From an uncultured Acidimicrobiaceae bacterium (GTDB lineage: Bacteria > Actinomycetota > Acidimicrobiia > Acidimicrobiales > Bog-793): a DNA stretch of 51,584 bases. The stretch is from positions 1-51,584 of the forward strand of contig CAZAMA010000004.1 in NCBI GenBank assembly GCA_964485645.1, written 5' to 3'. Below are positions 37,186 through 45,513 of this stretch, one piece after another. Each line of letters starts with the position of its first letter. Within the stretch, counting starts at the first letter, position 1. The notes under the pieces were generated by a model. The model had not been told where the DNA came from. It worked only from the letters and a program-made list of their open reading frames with translations, and searched no databases. A program made the position numbers and the translations under genes.

Positions 37186-37700
37186 AATCTCCCCTGTCCT
37201 TTCTCTTGTCGACTCCCGGCTGCCAAGTACCATCGGTCCGCGCACTCATAGCTGGTCTTCCGGCGCGGGCCGTCTGGTCGCGCCGGCGGGCGGACGGAGG
37301 AGCGCCGCGAGCACAACGGCGCGTCGTCCGTCCCTGGGGGCAGAGCACCGGGGCTGGTGGCCGGCCGGATCGGAAAGCGGTCGGTCGTCGGGCGGTCCCC
37401 TGCGAGACGTGAGGCCGGTCGCTCGTGGCCGCACTACGCTCCGACTCCCCAGCTCTTTTCTCGTCGTCATTGACAAGCCCCACCCACTTCCGATGCCTAT
37501 CGCTGCCGAGGTCGAGCTCGCGCTCGCGCAGGCCCTGGCACGGTATCGCCAGTAATGGCCAGAGCGCAAGGGCGGTCGCCGATCTTGTTCGGCCTCACTG
37601 TCCCCTCCTTGTGGCTCCGGCGCCCGCCATCCGCGGCGTGGCCTGGGCCCCATCGCATCCGCAGCGCCTCCAGCTCCCGGCACCGCATCGTCGCGCGTCG

Positions 37701-38262
37701 GTGAGAGACCACGGCGAGAACAACGGTTTGCCGACGATGTACGACGTGGCGCGCCCTGGGGCCTGTCCATTGCAACGGCCTCACGCGCGCTAAACGACCT
37801 TGGCAGACTTTGCCCTGAGACCCGAGCGCCGGTCCTGGTTGCCATCGCGGCTTTCGGCTATGTCCCAGATGTGACGGCCCGGAGCCTGAGCTCGGGCTCG
37901 ACGGCAACGATCGGGTTTCATCTGGTCGACCGAGCTCAGGAATCTCTCGTCGCCGGCCAACGCAATGTTGCGGGAAAGCACGAGGACGGCCTCTTCCAGC
38001 ACGACAAGGGAGATGCTGGGCGGCACCGACGCGCGCGCGAGGAGTGCTCGATCTCGGTCCCTCAGCGGTGCGTCGCGACCGGGATCGACGACATCGTCTT
38101 CTCCCGCTTCACGCGGCCCGCTCTCACGACAGTCCGCCAGCCCGCGGACGAGCTCGGGTCTTTGACGATCGGGACGATCCTCGACGCCATTCGCGGAAGC
38201 TTGCGGCAGGTGCGCGACCTCGTGCTGCCGACTGAGCTCGTGGTTCGCCAGAGCTGTGGCTG
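37701..38262 (+). pseudogene. LacI-family regulator pseudogene (frameshift in the HTH plus large internal deletion)
   Basis: PTMYDVARPG in one frame continues after a +1 shift as LSIATASRALN...ETRAPVLVAIAAFGYVPDVTARSL..TIGF. It then jumps to the C-terminal blocks SVPQRCVATGIDDIVFSRFTRPALTTVRQP...LVVRQSCG. About 560 nt remain, against about 1 kb expected. Confidence 0.7.
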
Positions 38263-38263
38263 C

Positions 38264-39928
38264 TTACGCCCACTCAACCGGCGGACGCGGCAGCAGGAAT
38301 TCGACCAGCTGCTGCGACGAGCCCGAGGAACTCGCGAACGTGGAGACCTCGTCGGCCACCTCGGTTACCTCGGCGAGGAAGCTCTCATGGGCGCCCTGGG
38401 CCGGGTCCTCGACTGTCGACTCGGCGTAAAGGACGACAAAGCGAGCAAGGCGCTGATCGGGTTTCTTTCTGAGCACCCGCCCCATCCGCTGGATCATCTG
38501 GCGACGTGAGCTGCTGGCAGCAAGGATGATTGCGAGGTCCGCCTCGGGGACGTCGATGCCTTCGTCGAGCACGTTCGGCGCCGAGATCACGGTGAGCTCA
38601 CCGTCGCGGAAGCGCCGGAGCACTTCGCGGCGATCCCCCATCGGGACATGGGAGTGGACGACACCGGCCCGCAGGCCTCGAGCAGCCAGGACCGATTGCA
38701 CACGCTCGGCGACAGCTATGGAACGCGTGAACACGATCGAACGGGCGGCCGCCGCCAGGGCGGGTGCCAGCGCGCGAGCGGTTCGGATCTTGGCGGGCGT
38801 ATCGGCCAACAGGCGACGGCGCTCGATCAGAAGGCCAAGGTACGCGCGGGCTTCGCTGGCACCGTCCGCTTCGGCTCCGGTGCCAGCTGCCAGCAGCTTC
38901 AAGGCCCGGATGAACTGGGCGAAGGAGTCGGTCGGCAGCTCGTAGTGCTCCATCAACCTGACGAGGCGGACACCCAGATCTGCCGTGATGTCGTCGTAGC
39001 GAGATCGCTCTTCCGACAGCAGGGCGACACCGACCAAGGCAACGCAAAAGCGTGCGGTGACTCCGTCGTCGACGGCCCGCCGGTACCCCATCTGAAAGCA
39101 CGTGCGGCCGAAGTAGGGCTGCAGCCAGTCGAGGTGCCCGTCGTCGTCGCGCGCGTAGGTCGCACTCAGACCGAGCCGGCGCTCGAAGCGCGGGTCGAGC
39201 ACGAGGCGGTTCATCGGGCTTGCATATCGATGACACTCGTCGGCAACAAGCAGCCCACCGCGGCGGCTCACGCCGAGATCGGTCTCCCGCAGGCTGTTCA
39301 CCACAGCGACGACGACGTCGTGATCGACAAAGCTCGCAGTCTCACCGCCACCGAGACACCCGATCGAGTAACCCGGCGGGACAAGGGGCGACACGTGGCG
39401 GCGCCACTGATGCATCAAGTCTACCGTCGGGACAACCACGAGCACGTGGCCTCTGTCGCCCAACTCGTCGACCGCCGACGCAATCCCGAGCATCGTCTTG
39501 CCCGACCCGGTGACCGCTTCGACTACTCCCCGGCGCTGCGCGCAAGCCCAGTTGTCGAGAGCGTCGCGCTGCCACTCATAAAGGCGCGAGCGGTCAAACC
39601 TGAGTGGCGCGTTCTTGGCCGTTCGGACCACCGGCGGCGCGCCGGGCCGATCATCGGCGACGAACCACCACCTCGGCGGCTCCTCCCGGTCGCATCGAAA
39701 CCCCTCCCGGCCGTCGAACAGCGCCAAGGTGATCCGCTTCACGCCCCGGGATGACTTGTCTGCACGCCCGTCGACCCCGAGCGCGGACGCGAGCTCGGCG
39801 ACAGTTAGGCCGGGCCGCTCCGCAAGCACGGCGCGGATGTCGTCGACAAGCACATCCTCACTCTCCGCTGCTTGGCTCGGCGTTCCACCAACTCGCGGGA
39901 GGATTCGCATTCGGCTCTGCGTCCTCAA
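38264..39928 (-). CDS. SF2 DEAD/DEAH (DECH) helicase, ResIII/XPB-like, with an N-terminal winged-helix-like domain (gene E of the candidate system)
   Basis: Motif I AVTGSGKT, Ia VVVPTVDLMHQW, II LLVADECH, III LGLSAT, V VLDEGIDVPE, VI QMIQRMGRVLR. N-terminal LTVAELASALGV... An alternative GTG start lies at 39853. Confidence 0.9.
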   Translation of the reverse strand: MRTQSRMRILPRVGGTPSQAAESEDVLVDDIRAVLAERPGLTVAELASALGVDGRADKSSRGVKRITLALFDGREGFRCDREEPPRWWFVADDRPGAPPVVRTAKNAPLRFDRSRLYEWQRDALDNWACAQRRGVVEAVTGSGKTMLGIASAVDELGDRGHVLVVVPTVDLMHQWRRHVSPLVPPGYSIGCLGGGETASFVDHDVVVAVVNSLRETDLGVSRRGGLLVADECHRYASPMNRLVLDPRFERRLGLSATYARDDDGHLDWLQPYFGRTCFQMGYRRAVDDGVTARFCVALVGVALLSEERSRYDDITADLGVRLVRLMEHYELPTDSFAQFIRALKLLAAGTGAEADGASEARAYLGLLIERRRLLADTPAKIRTARALAPALAAAARSIVFTRSIAVAERVQSVLAARGLRAGVVHSHVPMGDRREVLRRFRDGELTVISAPNVLDEGIDVPEADLAIILAASSSRRQMIQRMGRVLRKKPDQRLARFVVLYAESTVEDPAQGAHESFLAEVTEVADEVSTFASSSGSSQQLVEFLLPRPPVEWA

Positions 39929-41261
39929 TGAAGGTTCCGCGGGCGTCGCCGGTGACAGAGTCAGGGCCAGGACCCTCTAAATCTGCATCTTCGCTCAGAT
40001 CCACCACGAGGGTACCGGCCTCGATCTCAGGTTCGTAGGTCGGGTCGAGGCGTCGTAGATCCCACTCGTTGATCCACGCCCGCACGTACTGGCGCATACG
40101 GTTGGACGGCAGCCGCTCGAGACCGGACACCGGAGGTGGGTCCCAGCCGAAGGCTTCACCGTGAATCTCCCGCAACCGGCTGTAGGTGCGGTCGAGCTCC
40201 TCCTGGGCAGGGGGCTGAAGCTTTACCTGTTCATGGCCGATGATGCGCATCCCCGTCTCGGCCAGGGACGCAAGCACCTCGTCGGTGGCAGATCCGCTCG
40301 CACGCAATCTCTGGGGAATGAGCACGTTGTCGTTCTTTCCCACAAGCACTTGGGTCTCATAGTCGTCGACCGTGGCGAACACGGCACCAATAGGCGCACC
40401 GGGATCGTCGCGATCTCCGCGAACCCAGCGAGCAATCTCCGCATACGACCTCGCGCGCTGATTGATGCTGTAACGGCCGATCAGCTCGACCTCGTCGAAC
40501 AGGACGATCCAACCTCTAAAGCCAGCCGCCCGTACAAGCCTCGACAGGAAGCGGAACCGCTGGCGCGACAGATCCGCCTCCCGCACACCCGCGATCCGAT
40601 ACGAAGAGCCGGCGCCGTGCTCACGAAGACGGCGCCGGATATCTGGCACCGAGAGCTTGTCCCCGGCCCAGAACCTGATGATGCGGTCCGAAAGCTCCTC
40701 GTCACCATGGGCGTACTCATAGAGGTAGAGAGTGGCGGCAAACTGCTTGTCCACCGGCGCATCGTCTCCGTGCACCCACCGATAGATATCGCGATACTCC
40801 GGAGAGTCGAGATCGATCGCCGCGGTGATCTCGTCGATTGCCGACCCAGCACGGCCGGGCACCCGGGCTTCGTCGATGGCGGCTCTGAAGACCTTGGATG
40901 GGTCATGCAGTGGTGTCTCCTTGGAGATGGTCACCTTCGAGACCACGAAAGACTCGCTGAGCGCGATGTTCGCTAGGTGCTCGAGCACGTGGCTCTTGCC
41001 GCTGCCCCAGCCACCACCGATAACGACGGCCCTGGCACTGGGCCGAGACGATGAGGTGACAAGTGAGGCCGCGACTCCTGACGGGGGAGCAAAGGAGCCG
41101 TCTCCCCGAGAACCAATCTCGTCCAGGATGCCGGCAAAGCGATCCTCCACGCCGATCTGCATCGAGCCGAGCTCGACAACGGCGTCCCGGTTCGGTACAC
41201 CGGCCCGCAAAGCTTCAAGTGCCCGGCGCGCCCTTACCCCCCGCGAGGTCTCGATCGTCAC
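39858..41261 (-). CDS. P-loop ATPase resembling the DUF2791/BrxD type (gene D)
   Basis: ARRALEALRAGVPNRDAV..., Walker A VIGGGWGSGKSHVL, Walker B-like WIVLFDEVE. The GTG start overlaps the upstream stop (GTGA). The family call is from memory of the consensus and was not searched. Confidence 0.82.
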   Translation of the reverse strand: MTIETSRGVRARRALEALRAGVPNRDAVVELGSMQIGVEDRFAGILDEIGSRGDGSFAPPSGVAASLVTSSSRPSARAVVIGGGWGSGKSHVLEHLANIALSESFVVSKVTISKETPLHDPSKVFRAAIDEARVPGRAGSAIDEITAAIDLDSPEYRDIYRWVHGDDAPVDKQFAATLYLYEYAHGDEELSDRIIRFWAGDKLSVPDIRRRLREHGAGSSYRIAGVREADLSRQRFRFLSRLVRAAGFRGWIVLFDEVELIGRYSINQRARSYAEIARWVRGDRDDPGAPIGAVFATVDDYETQVLVGKNDNVLIPQRLRASGSATDEVLASLAETGMRIIGHEQVKLQPPAQEELDRTYSRLREIHGEAFGWDPPPVSGLERLPSNRMRQYVRAWINEWDLRRLDPTYEPEIEAGTLVVDLSEDADLEGPGPDSVTGDARGTFIEDAEPNANPPASWWNAEPSSGE

Positions 41262-42220
41262 ACGACCACCGCCTCGCGGCCGATCCGGACGAGGGAGGAG
41301 AACGGATTGTCACGGCGGCGGTCTCTTATCTCGTCGAAGATACGCAGCTTCAAAGCCTGATAGGCATCGAGGCCCCGAAGCTCGTCGCTAAGCAGCTCCG
41401 GAGCCGCGATCACGAGCACGAAGCAGCGGGCGAGCTCGTCGGTGCTGTCGATCAGCTGGCGCAACACTTCGTATGCGTCGAGCAGCCCGAGCCTCGTGTA
41501 GTACTGACCCACCCGCTCTTCGACAGGTGGTCGCCGCGCGACGCCAAGACGACGGGCGTCGATCACGACGAGCAGTCCCGCGTGTCCGTTCGTTGCCAGC
41601 CAGTGCGGCAGTGAGAAGAGCATCTGGCGGGCGTTGTGACGGGCGATCCTGCGGTAGATGAGGGACGACTTGAGCGCCGACATCTGGCGGAGGTCCCCGC
41701 GCAGCCACTCCAGGAGAGCGGTGTGCTCGGCGTCGCTCACCTGTCCAGTGCGAAAAGCCGCCTGGCACAAGCGCAGCATGGCCATGCGGAACTCCTGCAC
41801 CATGTCGAAGTCCTTGAAGATGCGCCGCTGCAGCTCCCGGTCGACGTCTCTCTTGAGCTCGCGGGTATCGGTCCGGTAATGGGCGGCCAGCACATCAAGC
41901 GTCGGGACGTCATCAGTCGGCGGAGGAAAGCCAGCCGCAGCCGTCGCGCCACGAAGCGCAGTGGCCGCCAGCCCATCCCAATCGATCTGTCGAGCCACTT
42001 CGAAGAAGATCTGCTCGATGAGGTGCACGCGGGTCGTGGCCGCGTCCAGCACTGCGACCTCGTAGCCAGAGTCCCTGCCTTGCGCGACTGCCTCGTCTCT
42101 AAGGCTGGGCGCCGCCAAATCGTCAGCCACCGCGAACTTGACGGCGCATCCTCCGCGGTCGACATAGCCGCGGAGGTACTCCCGACCAAGAAAGCTCGCG
42201 TACTCCTCCGGCCCTATCAT
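41258..42220 (-). CDS. Hypothetical protein, possible Walker-A-less paralog of the adjacent ATPase (gene C)
   Basis: 320 aa with ATGA overlaps at both ends. GGCAVKFAVADD sits where a P-loop would be, and LLVVIDARRL resembles a degenerate Walker B. Confidence 0.72.
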   Translation of the reverse strand: MIGPEEYASFLGREYLRGYVDRGGCAVKFAVADDLAAPSLRDEAVAQGRDSGYEVAVLDAATTRVHLIEQIFFEVARQIDWDGLAATALRGATAAAGFPPPTDDVPTLDVLAAHYRTDTRELKRDVDRELQRRIFKDFDMVQEFRMAMLRLCQAAFRTGQVSDAEHTALLEWLRGDLRQMSALKSSLIYRRIARHNARQMLFSLPHWLATNGHAGLLVVIDARRLGVARRPPVEERVGQYYTRLGLLDAYEVLRQLIDSTDELARCFVLVIAAPELLSDELRGLDAYQALKLRIFDEIRDRRRDNPFSSLVRIGREAVVV

Positions 42221-43017
42221 GCCCCGGGCTCCTCGAAGCTGATACCGGCGTAGTCCTTCGCCTGCCCGTTGCGGGTGACAGTTCGAAGCACGCCGCCCGA
42301 TCGCGTGAGAGCACTCGCGGGAAGGCTCATCTTGCGGCCCTTCTTCGTGGTGACGTGGCCACTCTGGTCGAGCAGGTAGATGTCACGGGCAAACTCCGGT
42401 CGCGTGTACTCTCGGGCGCTCCCAGGCATGATCGTGAGCACGTTGTAGACGTCCACGAGTTTGGCGGCTGCGCCTGGTCGCATCGATTTGGATGCGATGA
42501 CAAAGTCGTACGCGAGGGCGAGCGACTCGATGAACGATTCGTGCTTGAATTTGGGCTCGCGCCGCTGCGCGGCGCTGAGCGTTGCGACCACGACCGAGGG
42601 CCGGATGCGGCGATCCTTCTTCTTGTCGATCACCACCGAGGAGTCCCCAGACGACACCTGCACTATGACCGGGTAGCAGAGGATGCGGTCATCGGACTCG
42701 AAGGCTTTCACTCCCTCCTCGGCCGCGGCCGCCAGCAGCTCCTTTGCGTACTCGCCAGAGAAGAACCAATCCTCGACGTCAAAGCGCCACCCGTGCCTCA
42801 ACTGGTCCGCCGCCACGACGACGTCTGCAGCCAGCTGCTGAGCCGCGGCGAGAACCTGCGGTAGGTCTCGGACCGTCCCGTTCTCTGCAGCCGCCTTGGC
42901 CCGCTTTGCCACACGCGTCAAAGAGGCAGCCGCCTGCAGCAACGCGGTGGCTTCGGACTCGAGGGCGGCGAGGGCTCCTTCGAGACTGCCGTGGTGCGTC
43001 GTGGGCCCGTCAATCAT
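42217..43017 (-). CDS. Hypothetical protein with an N-terminal coiled-coil-like Ala-rich segment (gene B)
   Basis: The ATG at 43017 is preceded by GAGGAG and overlaps the gene A stop by 8 nt. The track start at 43032 is also possible. No recognisable motif. Confidence 0.72.
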   Translation of the reverse strand: MIDGPTTHHGSLEGALAALESEATALLQAAASLTRVAKRAKAAAENGTVRDLPQVLAAAQQLAADVVVAADQLRHGWRFDVEDWFFSGEYAKELLAAAAEEGVKAFESDDRILCYPVIVQVSSGDSSVVIDKKKDRRIRPSVVVATLSAAQRREPKFKHESFIESLALAYDFVIASKSMRPGAAAKLVDVYNVLTIMPGSAREYTRPEFARDIYLLDQSGHVTTKKGRKMSLPASALTRSGGVLRTVTRNGQAKDYAGISFEEPGA

Positions 43018-45013
43018 TCTTGTTCTCCTCATGTGCTATGGATAGTTCAAGCGTGCTCGAAGCTGTCGGAGGCTCGTGATTGCCAGCTACGAAAGACGCG
43101 GCGTCGCCTTGCGCAGGCGCGGATTGCAGTTCGACGACCACCTCACCTTCGAGCGCGAAGCCGAGCAACAAGACGTCGCCGAGACGGGCCCCGACCCCCA
43201 TCGCGACGGGGCGAAGCGGCCCCCGCGAGGGCTCCGGTCCGTCATTGGCGAGCATCACCGGCCCAAATCGGCTCGAGAACGTGCGCCGATGTTGGAAGCC
43301 TATATCGAGAGCGCGCACCAGATCTTCGGGTACCGACGAGTCAGCCCCGCGCATCAGATCGGAATCGACCGTCACCACCAGCCACGCTCGGCCGGGGGCA
43401 GCGCCCTGCGCTTCGACTATGACGGTCTCGGGATGGGAGGAGCCAGTAGCGGGATGATCGGGCGCGAGCATCGCCATCCCCGGGAGACCCAGCTGCTCCC
43501 CGAGATCTGCTCTTGGTGTAAGAAGCTGAGCCCCGGTGGTGAGCTCTGCTTGCGGTGCCGGCACGCGAGCGACGAAGCCTTCGGTCGCCTGACGGTGGGA
43601 CCTGGCTCTGTCGGAACGCTCGGATGCTCGCTTCGCGACCTTGGCAGTCGGGCCGGTCGGCCAGCTCGACAGTTCGTGGGCGTCTTTCGCAGCTCGCCGG
43701 AAGCGGCGAGCCCGAAGCGCGCGCTCCACCTCCCCTTGCGCGACCCTGCGCCCTGCGCGACCTAGGAGCTCATGACACTCGTCGGCTCTGAGGGCCCGAC
43801 CATGAGCATCGAGCAACCGTTCGAGGACATCGACAAGGGGTCCTGACAGCAAGACAGCGACGTCATCGTCGACGACGACGGCACCGCAAGCCTCGAGCCA
43901 CGAAGTGACGGCTCCGTCATTGACGCCGAGAGCTCTCAACTCACCTGAGAGCGCGACGAGAGACACGACGCCCCCGTCTTCGGAGAGCACCTCTTTGGTC
44001 CGCGCCACGACTTCGTTCGGTCGCACGCCAATCCAACCCGGGCAGCGAGCGACCGGCTCGAAGGGACCGGCAAGCCAGAGCACCAACGCTGCCGCCTCCG
44101 AACTCGCCCCATTCGAAGCCGCCGGGCCAAGTCCGTGCAGCGCCAACTCGTCATCGGCCGTACGCCGTGGCGTCACCCTGCCAAGCGAGCACCCAACGCG
44201 CCGGACCAACCACCCAAGGGGTGCGGGAGCCGCGGCGAGCTCTTCCCGCACCTGCGCGGCCGCACGCTCCCGCCGCTGGGCCACCCGAGTGGAAGTGATA
44301 CCGAGCTCTGCTGCCAGCTCCACCAAGCTTCGAGAAGCCTCGCAAGCAAGCTCCGTGCGAACGAAGATCGATCGGTCCAGATCGTCGCTGATACCACTTA
44401 TAAGCTGGCAGATCGCTCCGGCATGCACCAGCGCCCACGGAGCGGCACTGGCAAGGATCCGCCGAGCCGTAGCCGCGATCTGATAGTGATCGCCGAGATA
44501 CTCGGCGGTGGCACCAGGAGATGCGAGAGGTGGCGATGTCGCCGCGGAAACTGCCGATTCCAGCAGCGCCTCGAGCACCGGCTGTTCGGGGCGGCGTCGT
44601 TCGTGCCAAAGAAGGACCGCCAGATCGCTCGCGTCGTTGTCTTCGACGGTGGCGCCGAGCCCTATCAAGCTCCTCTCAAGACAGGCACCGAGGATGGTGA
44701 CGGACCCCGCCGGCCCAAGATCGGGCACCGCGAGAAGCTGCGCCACGGTGATGCCCAGAAGCTCCGACCACCGCTCGTAGCCTGCTCGCCCCAGCCGTGC
44801 CCTTGCGCGCTGGTCGAGACTGCGCGGACCGAGACAGCCATCGGGCACGAGCCGGGCGGGCGGGAAAATCTCGCGCAAGGCGCGCTGATTGAGAGACTGT
44901 CGATCCCAGCCGAGGCCGAGAGCACTCTCGAAGTAGCCCCGCAGCTGCTGGCGCCGCTTGGGTTCAGTGACGTCACCCAGCTCAGCGCGAGAGAGCGGGT
45001 CAGGGTGGCTCAT
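43010..45013 (-). CDS. Large protein with an RpoA-CTD-like HhH and a sigma-70 region-4-like HTH (gene A)
   Basis: RARARLGRAGYERWSELLGITVAQLLAVPDLGPAGSVTILGACLE is HhH-like. SRSLVELAAELGITSTRVAQRRERAAAQVREEL is sigma r4.2-like. Preferred start is the ATG at 45013 after a purine-rich stretch; the track ORF extends to 45151. Confidence 0.72.
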   Translation of the reverse strand: MSHPDPLSRAELGDVTEPKRRQQLRGYFESALGLGWDRQSLNQRALREIFPPARLVPDGCLGPRSLDQRARARLGRAGYERWSELLGITVAQLLAVPDLGPAGSVTILGACLERSLIGLGATVEDNDASDLAVLLWHERRRPEQPVLEALLESAVSAATSPPLASPGATAEYLGDHYQIAATARRILASAAPWALVHAGAICQLISGISDDLDRSIFVRTELACEASRSLVELAAELGITSTRVAQRRERAAAQVREELAAAPAPLGWLVRRVGCSLGRVTPRRTADDELALHGLGPAASNGASSEAAALVLWLAGPFEPVARCPGWIGVRPNEVVARTKEVLSEDGGVVSLVALSGELRALGVNDGAVTSWLEACGAVVVDDDVAVLLSGPLVDVLERLLDAHGRALRADECHELLGRAGRRVAQGEVERALRARRFRRAAKDAHELSSWPTGPTAKVAKRASERSDRARSHRQATEGFVARVPAPQAELTTGAQLLTPRADLGEQLGLPGMAMLAPDHPATGSSHPETVIVEAQGAAPGRAWLVVTVDSDLMRGADSSVPEDLVRALDIGFQHRRTFSSRFGPVMLANDGPEPSRGPLRPVAMGVGARLGDVLLLGFALEGEVVVELQSAPAQGDAASFVAGNHEPPTASSTLELSIAHEENKND

Positions 45014-45275
45014 GTCCCCTTCGGTCTCGAGCTTGACCATGAGGAGGTCGCGGCCCTCGCCGCTGAGCGCGTCGCCAGCGGCGAAGGCGTCAGCGAAACG
45101 AAACGATTGAGCGCAATCTCGCGCTGGCCCGCCTGCCCCTCGCATCATCATCGTCGATGACGATACATTGCGGCTGTGTCTACAGCGGACCCGCGTCGAC
45201 TAGTCGCACGGGCAATGCTTGGAGGACCCGGGTGCCTGCGGTCGTGCCGGGCATGGCGCGTGACAGGATGGCATC

Positions 45276-45464
45276 GTGAGCGACGTGTACGACGACCTGC
45301 CCGCAGTCGAACGACCAGATCCATTCCTGGCCCCTGACGCGGCCGACGAGGTCTCCCTTGACAGCGAGATCGACTTCGACGACGAGCAGGACCGAGATCA
45401 GCTGCCACTCGACGTGGTCGAAGCGATAGAGGCCGGGGTCCTGCTCGACGACCCCGAGCAGTGA
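45276..45464 (+). CDS. Small, highly acidic protein (62 aa)
   Basis: GTG start preceded by AGGA. About one third of residues are Asp/Glu. Ends ..EAGVLLDDPEQ. Divergent from gene A. Confidence 0.45.
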   Translation: MSDVYDDLPAVERPDPFLAPDAADEVSLDSEIDFDDEQDRDQLPLDVVEAIEAGVLLDDPEQ

Positions 45465-45513
45465 GTCGAGGAAACCGACACGCGCGGATGACGAGCTAGT
45501 CACTCGGAAGCGC

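Noticed and set aside
37246-37845. 199-aa minus-strand ORF upstream of the sugar SBP gene
   Set aside because: Arg/Pro/Ala-rich with no motifs. It overlaps the promoter region and the LacI pseudogene N-terminus on the other strand.
38264-45151. Canonical BREX or Shango system
   Set aside because: No PglX-like methyltransferase, PglZ phosphatase, BrxA/B/C or Lon-like BrxL is present, and I could not recognise a TerB domain. Only the ATPase and helicase classes are shared, so I report it as a distinct candidate system. A TerB-like fold hidden in genes A to C cannot be excluded without profile searches.
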